DNA of 35,352 bases, taken from assembly GCA_034661055.1 (NCBI GenBank), contig JAYEKO010000065.1, positions 1-35,352 on the forward strand, written 5' to 3'. Positions 1 through 8,942 of this stretch are shown here, one piece after another. Positions within the stretch are counted from its first letter, which is position 1. The number at the start of each line of letters is the position of its first letter. The notes under the pieces were generated by a model. It worked only from the letters and a program-made list of their open reading frames with translations. It was not told the origin of the DNA and searched no databases. The position numbers and the translations under genes are program-made. Source of the stretch: Campylobacterota bacterium. Lineage in GTDB: Bacteria > Campylobacterota > Campylobacteria > Campylobacterales > Sulfurimonadaceae.

Positions 1-43
1 TGATTTTTTCTTTGGAAAGTATGTTATTTAGGGAGTTTATTAA

Positions 44-120
44 TGGTGCGCCCGACATGATTCGAACATGTGACCGCTGGTACCGCAAACCAGTGCTCTA
101 TCCAGCTGAGCTACGAGCGC
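44..120 (-). tRNA. tRNA-Arg, anticodon GCG
   Basis: Reverse complement GCGCTCG TAGCTCAGCTGGATAGAGC A CTGGT TTGCGGT ACCAG CGGTC ACATG TTCGAAT CATGT CGGGCGC ACCA folds into a 77-nt cloverleaf with an encoded CCA. The anticodon loop is TT-GCG-GT. Confidence 0.97.
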
Positions 121-146
121 ACACCATTCTCATTTGAGAGGATGAA

Positions 147-162
147 ATTATATCTTATTTTT
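147..162 (-). promoter_or_regulatory. Putative sigma70 promoter for tRNA-Arg
   Basis: Minus strand AAAAATAAGA-TATAAT (TATAAT at 152-147), about 26 nt before the mature tRNA 5' end, in an AT-rich context. Confidence 0.55.
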
Positions 163-170
163 CTTATAAT

Positions 171-677
171 TTATTTAATCTTATTAATTTTAAGAACAAA
201 CTCTACCTCTGGCTTAGATAGACGTAACTCTTTTGAGATAGTTACAATGTCGACACCTTGCTGATAGAGTGAGATAATACGTGAATCATCCATTCCATTC
301 ACTGAAGAGGGGAGAGAAAATTTTCGCATACTCTCTTCAAGCTTTTGTACCTTGTTTTCAAACTCATCATGCTGCTCTTGTAGTTTTACATGTATTTCTG
401 AAATTGATGCTACCATAGGTTCTGACATCTTTTTCATGCCTAGCTCAAGCTCATAAGCAATGTCTTCATCATGCATCGTATTTTCCATAATAGGAGTATC
501 TTGAATATGTCGTTCAAACTTTTTCTCTAAGACATAAAGCTCTTTGTTTAGCTCCTCAACCGCCATGGCAACACGACGAATCTGTGTCGTATTTTGTATA
601 TCTTTTGAATAGATATAGTAGATTAAGAAGAGTAATATTAGAGCTATGATAATTAAGAGGTATTCTACTGAAATCAT
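171..677 (-). CDS. Single-pass membrane protein with coiled coil and C-terminal HTH-like domain (DUF6115/DUF2802, FipA-like); probable flagellar accessory protein
   Basis: N-terminal hydrophobic helix, a heptad-rich middle, and C-terminal IISLYQQGVDIVTISKELRLSKPEVEFVLKI typical of DUF2802/DUF6115. It overlaps the upstream gene by 4 nt. The position matches C. jejuni Cj0162c as recalled. Confidence 0.7.
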   Translation of the reverse strand: MISVEYLLIIIALILLFLIYYIYSKDIQNTTQIRRVAMAVEELNKELYVLEKKFERHIQDTPIMENTMHDEDIAYELELGMKKMSEPMVASISEIHVKLQEQHDEFENKVQKLEESMRKFSLPSSVNGMDDSRIISLYQQGVDIVTISKELRLSKPEVEFVLKINKIK

Positions 678-1192
678 TTTGCTTCTCTCATTTCTCTAAT
701 CATAACACGTTCTCGTGCTGTAAGATAGGATGCCCACTCTTTCTCATCACGTTCATGTATTTTTGATATTTTAGCAACTGTACTACTCTTAGCTATGAAA
801 AAAATAGGAATATCGTGTTTTGGGTGAACAGGCATCTCAATACGACCATAATATTGATTACCTTCTTCTAGCACTTCTTGCTTTAGTTTAAAATATCCAT
901 ACCCAATAGAATCAATCATTGCCTCGCTGCTTAAACTAAGTCGTTGCGGCTCTTCATCTTTTATAATTCGTTCTAAATTATCTATTTTACGATGCAGTTC
1001 AACAATAAGATTTAATAGCACTGGATCACTATCTGATGTCTCCCCTCGCCCCTTTGCCCGTTTAAGCCATTGAGCGATGGGGTCATCATCACTTTCACTA
1101 AGCTGATGATACTCTCTTGTAAAGAGTTCCATGTCGCTCTCTTGCAAATCAAACTCTATCTTAATAGGCGCCTTAACAAAACGTACACTCAT
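674..1192 (-). CDS. flgX: Degenerate PilZ-like protein, probable flagellar stator chaperone FlgX
   Basis: PilZ-family pattern (DPVLLNLIVELHRKID ... IDSIGYG ... IHERDEKEWASYLTARER) without an RxxxR motif. It lies directly downstream of mqnP, as recalled for C. jejuni Cj0163c/flgX. Confidence 0.65.
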   Translation of the reverse strand: MSVRFVKAPIKIEFDLQESDMELFTREYHQLSESDDDPIAQWLKRAKGRGETSDSDPVLLNLIVELHRKIDNLERIIKDEEPQRLSLSSEAMIDSIGYGYFKLKQEVLEEGNQYYGRIEMPVHPKHDIPIFFIAKSSTVAKISKIHERDEKEWASYLTARERVMIREMREAK

Positions 1193-2049
1193 AATATACT
1201 CCTATCAACAATAATTAAAATAAAAAACATGACACCCAAATAGCCATTTACCGTAAAAAAGGCACGATCAATTTTAGCAAAATCCTTACGCACTAACTTA
1301 TGTTCATACGCTAACATCACAGCACTTAAAACTACTGCTAACCATCCAAAGAGCCCTGCTCCAGATTCAAAAGCAAAAAAGAGCCAAAAAAGAATCGTCA
1401 TTGAGTGAAAAATCGCTGAGATAAACATCGTCGCTTCTGCACCATAACGTGAAGGAATAGAGAAAAGACCCTCTTCTTTATCAAAATCAATATCTTGTAG
1501 TGAATAGAGCAAGTCAAAACCTGCTACCCAAAAAAGCACTCCTAAACTTAAAAATAGTGACCACATAGGAATAGCTGCTTCTACTGCAACTACGCCAGCT
1601 ATGGGGGCTAAACCAAGAGATACCCCCAAAACCAAATGTGCCAATTCACTAAAACGTTTAAAATATGAGTAACTTGCCAAAACTGCCAATATTGGTATGG
1701 AGAGATAAAATGCCAAATTATTAACAAAATATGCCACAACAATAAATAGAAGTGCATTGACTACTGTAAATGCTAAAATGGCATTTGCAGAGATTCGTCC
1801 ATCAACACTAGGACGATTAGCGGTACGAGGATTTTGAACATCATAAGTTCTATCTGCATAGCGATTTAGACCCATGGCAAAGTTACGAGCACCAATAGCC
1901 GCCAATGCTCCTAAAAAGAGTAATTCCCAGCCAAACCAACCATCAGCACTTACTACCATTGCAATGAAAATAAATGGCAACGAGAAGATTGTATGTTGAA
2001 ACATAACAAGTTCATTAAAATCTTTTAGCTTCTGAATAACTGTTTGCAA
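1189..2049 (-). CDS. mqnP: Menaquinone biosynthesis prenyltransferase MqnP (UbiA family, futalosine pathway)
   Basis: UbiA motifs NRYADRTYDVQNPRTANRPSVDG and GFDLLYSLQDIDFD, plus HTIFSLPF and a C-terminal AFFTVNG. Multiple TM helices. TTG start preceded by AAGGA. Confidence 0.9.
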   Translation of the reverse strand: MQTVIQKLKDFNELVMFQHTIFSLPFIFIAMVVSADGWFGWELLFLGALAAIGARNFAMGLNRYADRTYDVQNPRTANRPSVDGRISANAILAFTVVNALLFIVVAYFVNNLAFYLSIPILAVLASYSYFKRFSELAHLVLGVSLGLAPIAGVVAVEAAIPMWSLFLSLGVLFWVAGFDLLYSLQDIDFDKEEGLFSIPSRYGAEATMFISAIFHSMTILFWLFFAFESGAGLFGWLAVVLSAVMLAYEHKLVRKDFAKIDRAFFTVNGYLGVMFFILIIVDRSIL

Positions 2050-2085
2050 ATATATTCCTTATGGGCACCTCTAATAATTAGTGAT

Positions 2086-2112
2086 ATTTTACCATTTTAT
2101 TTTCGATATACT
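2086..2112. promoter_or_regulatory. Back-to-back sigma70 promoters for mqnP and miaA
   Basis: Minus-strand extended -10 TGG-TAAAAT at 2094-2086. Plus-strand TATACT at 2107-2112, 8 nt before the miaA ATG. Confidence 0.6.
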
Positions 2113-2120
2113 TTTATTCT

Positions 2121-3014
2121 ATGAAACAGATTGCAATAATTGGACCAACTGCATCAGGAAAGAGTGATGTTGCTTTAGAACTCGCACACAAATATAATGC
2201 TTATATTTTATCTATTGATTCTCTTAGTATCTATAAAGAGATAGATATCGCGTCTGCAAAACCATCTAAAGATGAACTTAACCATGTAAAACATTTTGGA
2301 ATCAATGAGATCTTTGCTAATGAACACTTTGATGTCTCTAACTTTATTGACTATTACCATAAAGCAAAAGAGTTTGCAATTAACAGTGGTAAAAATCTTA
2401 TTATTGTTGGTGGCACCAGTTTTTATTTAAAAAGTTTGCTTAGTGGAATATCCAAACTACCTGCTATTGATGATGCCACCAATTTACATGTAAAAGAGCT
2501 TATGAAGGACTCTGCTAGTGTCTATGCTGAACTCTTAGCAGTTGATAAAGAGCATATGAAAAACATAAGCAGTTCTGACTCCTACCGCATTGAAAAGATG
2601 ATGTTAATTTACAGAGCATCTGGAGTGATTCCATCACTATGGTTTCAACAAAATCCTGCTAAACCTATTATTACAGATCTACCTATTTTTGAAATTGATG
2701 TGAGTCGTGATGTGTTACGAGAACGTATATCACATAGAACCAAAAAAATGGTAAGTATGGGCTTAATAGATGAAGTCGCTTACCTAGAGCAGAAATACAG
2801 TAGAGCATCTAATGCCATGAGTGCCATTGGAATTGTTGAAGTTCTGGAGTATTTAGATGGTCTTACAACTAAAGATGAGATGACAGAGTTAATAAGTACT
2901 CACACAGCCCAATTGGCAAAACGCCAACAGACTTTTAATAGAAGTCAATTTGAGAGAAAAAGACTATTTACACTTGAACATATTATACAACAGGCTGAAT
3001 CATCGATGGAATAA
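2121..3014 (+). CDS. miaA: tRNA dimethylallyltransferase
   Basis: GPTASGKS P-loop, SIDSLSIYKEIDIASAKP, VGGTSFY and TAQLAKRQQTF motifs. Confidence 0.97.
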   Translation: MKQIAIIGPTASGKSDVALELAHKYNAYILSIDSLSIYKEIDIASAKPSKDELNHVKHFGINEIFANEHFDVSNFIDYYHKAKEFAINSGKNLIIVGGTSFYLKSLLSGISKLPAIDDATNLHVKELMKDSASVYAELLAVDKEHMKNISSSDSYRIEKMMLIYRASGVIPSLWFQQNPAKPIITDLPIFEIDVSRDVLRERISHRTKKMVSMGLIDEVAYLEQKYSRASNAMSAIGIVEVLEYLDGLTTKDEMTELISTHTAQLAKRQQTFNRSQFERKRLFTLEHIIQQAESSME

Positions 3015-3471
3015 CTATTGCACTGGCAATTCCTAACATAAAAAACAGTATAAAAATCATATATACCCAAACAACCCATTGATGATATCCACCCACATAA
3101 CGCATCGTCTCTAAACGTTTCTCTTCACTTTCAATGGTCATCTCAATTTCAGCTTTTCTTTTTTTATACCCCTTATAAACAAAAAAAGTTCCATAGCCTC
3201 CACTAAGAATCATAATAACTAATCCTGCAAAAGGAAGAAAAGAGAACATTACAGAAACTATAAAAAGTAATAAAGAGGCCATATATTGCTTGCGATATAG
3301 TAAAAATAAGAAACCACCACCAAAAGCCCACCAACTCCAATGCCACTGCATAGCATCTACACCATTATAGCTATACTTTGAAAAAGCATTTTGGTACCAA
3401 AATGTCTTCTCTGGCTTATCAATAAACGCTTCAATCATCTTATTTTCATAATCACTATTTTCTGTTTCCAT
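2983..3471 (-). CDS. DUF2628-like membrane protein
   Basis: WHWSWWAFGGGFLFLLYRKQY matches the WNWAAFFF-x-WLLYRKMY pattern. Several TM segments. SD GGAG. Last gene of the nuo-pflA run. Confidence 0.75.
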   Translation of the reverse strand: METENSDYENKMIEAFIDKPEKTFWYQNAFSKYSYNGVDAMQWHWSWWAFGGGFLFLLYRKQYMASLLLFIVSVMFSFLPFAGLVIMILSGGYGTFFVYKGYKKRKAEIEMTIESEEKRLETMRYVGGYHQWVVWVYMIFILFFMLGIASAIVIPSMIQPVV

Positions 3472-3482
3472 CCATTGCTCCT

Positions 3483-5849
3483 CTATTTTAATAGTTCTAA
3501 TGCATCTTGAGCCAGCGAACCCCAGGCCGAGCTATCATCTGCTTGCACACTCTGCTTAAATGCTTCTATTGCAGCATCTCTATTAGATGCTTTTTGCAGC
3601 AGTGAGCCTAACAGATATTTTTGTCGTGCACGTGAGCCTGTGCTTATATTGCGATCATCTAAACTTTTGACCATCTCTATAGCTTCATTATTTTTATTTA
3701 ACTTTACCAAAGCATCTGTTAAAGCAAATTCAACATAAGGACTCTGTGAATATGATGCCATTTTATTTTGCAAGTAAATCACTTTTTTTGCATAGTTTTC
3801 AATCATAAGCTCATCATTACTACGATTACCCAATGCTATAAGCTGCGCATATCGGTCAATATCTTTAAAATCAAGACCAAAAACCTTCTCAATCTCTTTA
3901 ATGCCCTCTATCATACCATCACGTTTACTAAGACGTTCATTAGCATCGAAGTTTAAGCGGTATATACCATCATAATCTTTACTGTTTTGCATCGTCGCTA
4001 GTGTTATGAGCTCTTTAGACGCATCAATAACATCCGTGTAGTTTCCTAACTTAAAATCAACACTAATATATTTATAGAACCACTCCATACGCTGAACTAT
4101 GTCTTTACTTTTAATGTATTTCAGAGCTGTTGTTTTAGCTAGCGTATAGTTCCCACCTTTGTAGGCACAGTAATATATCTGTGAGTCCCAATCATCAGAT
4201 AGTGTTATCTCATACTCTCTAGACATATCTACTGCTCTTTTACACTCTTGCTTCTTTAGATACCCTTGCATTAATACCAAAGCAGAACCATCAATTAGTG
4301 ATTTAACATCATGCTGTTCATCATCTATACTCATTAATTCATTTTGTAGTGCCAGCACTTCTTGATAGTGCTTGTTATCAAATAGAAGCTTCGCTTTTTT
4401 GTAAAGTGCCTTTTGTGCAATTGCATCATCCACATACCTATCTATTAATGTGTTGTATTGTGCTATAGCGCTGCTAATATTTTTATCATCAATATCAAAG
4501 AACATCGCATCTTTTTCACGTTTAATCTCATCAACATACTGACCAAACTTGAACTCTTTTAAATATCGCTCGAAACCTTCTAAAGCTTTTTCTCTATTTT
4601 TAGCTTTAGCCAGCCAGATACTTCTATTTTTTAGAAGTTCTTCGTACAACTCTTCTCTAGGTGTCATATATTCCAGAAGCGCTCCAGCAATATTAGCCGC
4701 CTCTAAGAAATCGGCATGATCAGAAAATGCCATCGCCATCTCATATGATGTATCAAAATTATCATAGAAGTACTTACTATTTGCATCAATTATCTTATTA
4801 ATATACTCTTTTGCATCGTCTCTAGCACCATGATCTAGTTTATATTCAGCAATTTTAAATGCAGCAATTGATGCCAATTCTGTACTCTCTGTCTTATTAA
4901 GAGCTTTATTGTAAAAAATCAGTGCACGTTTCCAGCTACCTGATTCCGCTAGTTGATCACCCTTATATATCTCTGCTAAACGTGTAAAATAATCATTTTT
5001 AAATTCATTAAAGAGATAGTCAAAAAAATAGTCAGCATCAGTAAACATACCAAGCTTAGAATAGGCGTGTGCAGTGTACACTAGTACCTCTGTAATATTC
5101 TTATCTGATGAGAATTCACGAATAAATTTTTTAGCAACTTCTAGTAAGTCCTCTCGCTCTTTGAGTTTATGCAAAGTCCGTATTTCATAAAGTGAAACTT
5201 CACTTCTAAATACAGTATTGGGATACGCCTCTTGCATCTCATATATTTTCTCCAATGTCTCTTCATATTTTTTTTGACTGTAAAATTTTTTAACTTTTAT
5301 ATATTCTGATACATCTTTAATCTGTGTCATCTCAATTGGATTTCCCTTAATATCTAAACCACCAACATAAGGTAAATCTGCCTTAGAAAACCTGATTGGA
5401 AAATTGATAGATACTGAATTAAAGTTCTTCTCTTGAGCAAAAGGGTTCTTATCTTTAAAGCCAACAACACTCCAATGTTTTGAACGATTGGTTTTAGCAG
5501 AGTAAACCTCATTTTCTTTTTTGAGGTCAAATAAGATAGGTAATAACTCTATTTTTTCATGAGGTCTAATGATAATAAAAAAATTATTATCTTTAATTGT
5601 TGTTGTAATATTAAAAAAATTATTGTTTAAGACACCTATGTTTTTTGATGGAACCTTATCAAAAGCACAGATAATTTCTGTTGTGATGTCAAAAGTATCA
5701 CGTGTTGCTTCACATAAAAAAAGAGAACTATCTTTTAGTTGAATAATACTATATGGTTGTGAGGACTCTTTTCCAGTATTAATATTAATATCAAGAGAAA
5801 AAAGAGTGCTATAGAGAAAGAAGAGGAGAAAGCATAGGCGTATTAACAC
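3483..5849 (-). CDS. pflA: Paralysed flagellum protein PflA (periplasmic TPR scaffold of the flagellar motor)
   Basis: Signal peptide followed by LDININTGKE, a beta-rich N-domain ending PYVGGLDIKGNP, then long TPR-like helical repeats; 788 aa. It follows nuoN, as in Campylobacter/Helicobacter. GTG start with GGAGG. Confidence 0.85.
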   Translation of the reverse strand: MLIRLCFLLFFLYSTLFSLDININTGKESSQPYSIIQLKDSSLFLCEATRDTFDITTEIICAFDKVPSKNIGVLNNNFFNITTTIKDNNFFIIIRPHEKIELLPILFDLKKENEVYSAKTNRSKHWSVVGFKDKNPFAQEKNFNSVSINFPIRFSKADLPYVGGLDIKGNPIEMTQIKDVSEYIKVKKFYSQKKYEETLEKIYEMQEAYPNTVFRSEVSLYEIRTLHKLKEREDLLEVAKKFIREFSSDKNITEVLVYTAHAYSKLGMFTDADYFFDYLFNEFKNDYFTRLAEIYKGDQLAESGSWKRALIFYNKALNKTESTELASIAAFKIAEYKLDHGARDDAKEYINKIIDANSKYFYDNFDTSYEMAMAFSDHADFLEAANIAGALLEYMTPREELYEELLKNRSIWLAKAKNREKALEGFERYLKEFKFGQYVDEIKREKDAMFFDIDDKNISSAIAQYNTLIDRYVDDAIAQKALYKKAKLLFDNKHYQEVLALQNELMSIDDEQHDVKSLIDGSALVLMQGYLKKQECKRAVDMSREYEITLSDDWDSQIYYCAYKGGNYTLAKTTALKYIKSKDIVQRMEWFYKYISVDFKLGNYTDVIDASKELITLATMQNSKDYDGIYRLNFDANERLSKRDGMIEGIKEIEKVFGLDFKDIDRYAQLIALGNRSNDELMIENYAKKVIYLQNKMASYSQSPYVEFALTDALVKLNKNNEAIEMVKSLDDRNISTGSRARQKYLLGSLLQKASNRDAAIEAFKQSVQADDSSAWGSLAQDALELLK

Positions 5850-5871
5850 TGCTTACCTCCTCTGATAAGAA

Positions 5872-7380
5872 TTAATAACCGCTATTATACACGAATGCTG
5901 TAATAAATTCCATCAATGGACTTACAAAGATAACTGAAAAAATAGTCATTGCCGTTGCAAAGCCAATAATAGTTTTAAGTGGTAATGATGCATTGGTCAT
6001 ATGCACTGAATGCCCCTCTTGATAAATAGGGTCTTTCATAAACATAAAGACTATCAGTTTTAAGTAATAGTAACCTGCAATAGCCGAGTTAAGTGCCATA
6101 ATCAATGCAAGCACTGTATAACCCCCACTAACTGCAGAACCAATCATATACATTTTACCCCAGAACACACCAAATGGTGGAAGACCTGCTAATGAAAGCA
6201 TAAATAGTCCCATAATTGCAGCAGCAACTGGCATAGTTTGAACTAAGCCTGCAAACTTCTCAAACGGATGATCTGAATTTTGACCCTCGATTAATACTTT
6301 TTGACGGTTTACCCATAGCATTGAGAACGCACCAAGGTTTGTAAATGCAAAAAGTATCCAATATAAAAACAGCGCACTGTTTGACTGTGTTGTACCAATT
6401 AAAATAGCAGCCATTACAAAACCGGCATGTGAAATAGAACTATATGCAAGCATACGTTTAATATCTGTCTGCACTAGTGCCCAGATGTTTGCTAGTGTCA
6501 TTGTTAAAACTACTAAAACATACAATACCGTCTCTAGCCACACTATATTACTATGGATTAAAAACTCAAAAAGGCGCATAGATACTACAAATGCAGCAAT
6601 CTTAGGTACAATAGACATGTAGCCTGCAAGCGCTGCTGATGAACCCTCATATACATCTGGTGTCCAGGCATGAAATGGAATTAATGATAGCTTAAATCCA
6701 AATGATGCCAACATAAATACAACAGCTACTAGAACAAAGCCAATGTTACTAAATCCATCAGCTGCCAAAACTGCTGCTATCTGATTAATCTCAATCGAAC
6801 CTGTTAATGCGTATAACACCATAGAACCAAAAGAGAACAGACCTGCTGCTAATGCACCCATTGTAAAGTACTTAACAGCTGCCTCAAATGATTTTGTTCT
6901 ATTATGAAGTGCTATCAATGTATATAGTGCTAATGAAGCTAACTCTAATCCAACAAAGATAAGAATTAAGTTGTCAGTTGCAACCATAAATTGGAAACCT
7001 GCAATCATGAACAAAAATAGTGCATAAAACTCAGGATAAGAGTATTCATGAAATCGTTTCGATGTTAATGAAAGAGGAATGAATAGCATTGATGTCGCTA
7101 CAATAATAAGCTGACCTATAATAGCCAAACCATCTATTAGCATAACATCAAAAAATCCTAACATGGTACCATTTTGGCTAAAAAGTTCTGCAAAATCAAC
7201 AAGACTTCCAAAATCCATTAACAAAAATAGTAAGCTCAACATAATATAAAGCGATTTGTTCAATCCACCTTTAATAAGGTCGATGATTAGAATCATTAAT
7301 GCACCAACAACTGGAATAAGCATTGGCGTTAGAGTCGATAAGTTCAATGACTCTAATGAAATATTTACTGGCTCTAACAT
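5872..7380 (-). CDS. nuoN: Complex I antiporter-like subunit N
   Basis: [52 protein letters not shown] and FWGK motifs. Confidence 0.97.
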   Translation of the reverse strand: MLEPVNISLESLNLSTLTPMLIPVVGALMILIIDLIKGGLNKSLYIMLSLLFLLMDFGSLVDFAELFSQNGTMLGFFDVMLIDGLAIIGQLIIVATSMLFIPLSLTSKRFHEYSYPEFYALFLFMIAGFQFMVATDNLILIFVGLELASLALYTLIALHNRTKSFEAAVKYFTMGALAAGLFSFGSMVLYALTGSIEINQIAAVLAADGFSNIGFVLVAVVFMLASFGFKLSLIPFHAWTPDVYEGSSAALAGYMSIVPKIAAFVVSMRLFEFLIHSNIVWLETVLYVLVVLTMTLANIWALVQTDIKRMLAYSSISHAGFVMAAILIGTTQSNSALFLYWILFAFTNLGAFSMLWVNRQKVLIEGQNSDHPFEKFAGLVQTMPVAAAIMGLFMLSLAGLPPFGVFWGKMYMIGSAVSGGYTVLALIMALNSAIAGYYYLKLIVFMFMKDPIYQEGHSVHMTNASLPLKTIIGFATAMTIFSVIFVSPLMEFITAFVYNSGY

Positions 7381-8930
7381 TAGTGTGCCTCCTGTGTCGA
7401 AGTTTTTGAGATTTTAATCTCTTCAACTAAGTTTGGAATTTTCGATTTCGCTTCTGCAGTAACTGCTTTATCATGCATCAACTGAACAATTGACTCAGTT
7501 GAGTTACTAATTGGCTCAAGAATTGGTTTTGGATAGATACCTAACCAAAGCGCAATAACTGTTAATGGAATTAGTGCAAATAGTTCACGCTTATTCACAT
7601 CTGGAAGATTTTTATTTTCTTCTTTAGTTACTTCACCAAAAAATGCTTTTTTGTATGCCGATAACATATAGATTGCTCCGACAATAATCGCAATTCCTGC
7701 TAAAAGAGTCATAATATGCGACTGCTGATAAAATCCAAGAAGACTCAAAAACTCACCAACAAAGTTAATTGTAAGTGGCAGTCCCACTGAAGCCATCATC
7801 ATTACACCAAAAATTGTAGCATAACGTGGCATCACTGAAGCCAATCCACCAAATTCACTCATTAGTTTAGTATGACGTCTATCATAAATAACGCCAACAA
7901 GGTAGAATAGTGCCCCAGAGACAATACCGTGACCTATCATTAAAAATACTGAACCTGAAATTCCTTCAACATTAAGTGCAAATGTACCAAGAACAATAAC
8001 ACCCATGTGTGAAACTGAACTATAAGCAACCACCTGTTTTATATCTTCTTGTGCATAAGCTACCATTGCTGTATATATAATCATAATAATTGCTAAAGTG
8101 GCAATTGGCATCATGAAAAATACAGCTGCATCTGGAAATAGTGGAAGTGAAAAACGTACAAATGCGTATGTCCCCATTTTAAGAAGCACCGCTGCAAGAA
8201 TTACAGAACCAATTGTTGGTGCTTGACCATGCGCATACGGTAACCATGTATGGAACGGGAACATTGGAACTTTAATGGCAAAACCAAAAAAGAATGCTAC
8301 AAATAGCCATAACTGGTAGTTCTCAGGCAGAATTAGACGATACCACTCTAAAAGAGAGAAGCTCCAAACACCAGTTGCTTGTTGGTAAAAATATGCCATA
8401 AATAGCATACCCACCAACATAATCAGTGAACCAGTGAATGTGTATAAGAAGAATTTAACCGAAGCATAAATTCTTAATGGTCCGCCCCATGCACCAATTA
8501 TGTAAAGCATTGGTACTAATGAAAGTTCCCAGAATACATAAAATAAGATGGCATCAAGAGCAGCAAAAACACCAATCATTGTCATCTGTAAAAATAGAAG
8601 TGTAATAATCATGTCTTTAATACGCTTAGTATCACCCAGGGTTGCAATACCAATCATTGTAAAGAATGATGCCATCACAATAATAAAGAGTGAAATACCA
8701 TCAATACCAAGAAGGTAACTAATACCAAATGCAGGAATCAACGGAATTGATTCCATAAACTGCATTCCAGATACTGCTGAGTCATAGTTAAACCATAACA
8801 TCAAAGAGAGCGCAAACTCAACGACCGCGACACTCGTACCATAAGCACGAATACTGTCTTTATCTACCACAAACCCAAGCACTGCTGCTAAGGCTGGGAA
8901 AAATATTAATATTGTTAAAATACTATCCAT
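7380..8930 (-). CDS. nuoM: Complex I antiporter-like subunit M
   Basis: [44 protein letters not shown] and FVGEF motifs. Confidence 0.97.
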   Translation of the reverse strand: MDSILTILIFFPALAAVLGFVVDKDSIRAYGTSVAVVEFALSLMLWFNYDSAVSGMQFMESIPLIPAFGISYLLGIDGISLFIIVMASFFTMIGIATLGDTKRIKDMIITLLFLQMTMIGVFAALDAILFYVFWELSLVPMLYIIGAWGGPLRIYASVKFFLYTFTGSLIMLVGMLFMAYFYQQATGVWSFSLLEWYRLILPENYQLWLFVAFFFGFAIKVPMFPFHTWLPYAHGQAPTIGSVILAAVLLKMGTYAFVRFSLPLFPDAAVFFMMPIATLAIIMIIYTAMVAYAQEDIKQVVAYSSVSHMGVIVLGTFALNVEGISGSVFLMIGHGIVSGALFYLVGVIYDRRHTKLMSEFGGLASVMPRYATIFGVMMMASVGLPLTINFVGEFLSLLGFYQQSHIMTLLAGIAIIVGAIYMLSAYKKAFFGEVTKEENKNLPDVNKRELFALIPLTVIALWLGIYPKPILEPISNSTESIVQLMHDKAVTAEAKSKIPNLVEEIKISKTSTQEAH

Positions 8931-8942
8931 TATTGACTCTCC

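Noticed and set aside
70..264. 64-aa plus-strand ORF
   Set aside because: It lies antisense to the tRNA and to the 3' end of a real gene, and has no recognisable motif.
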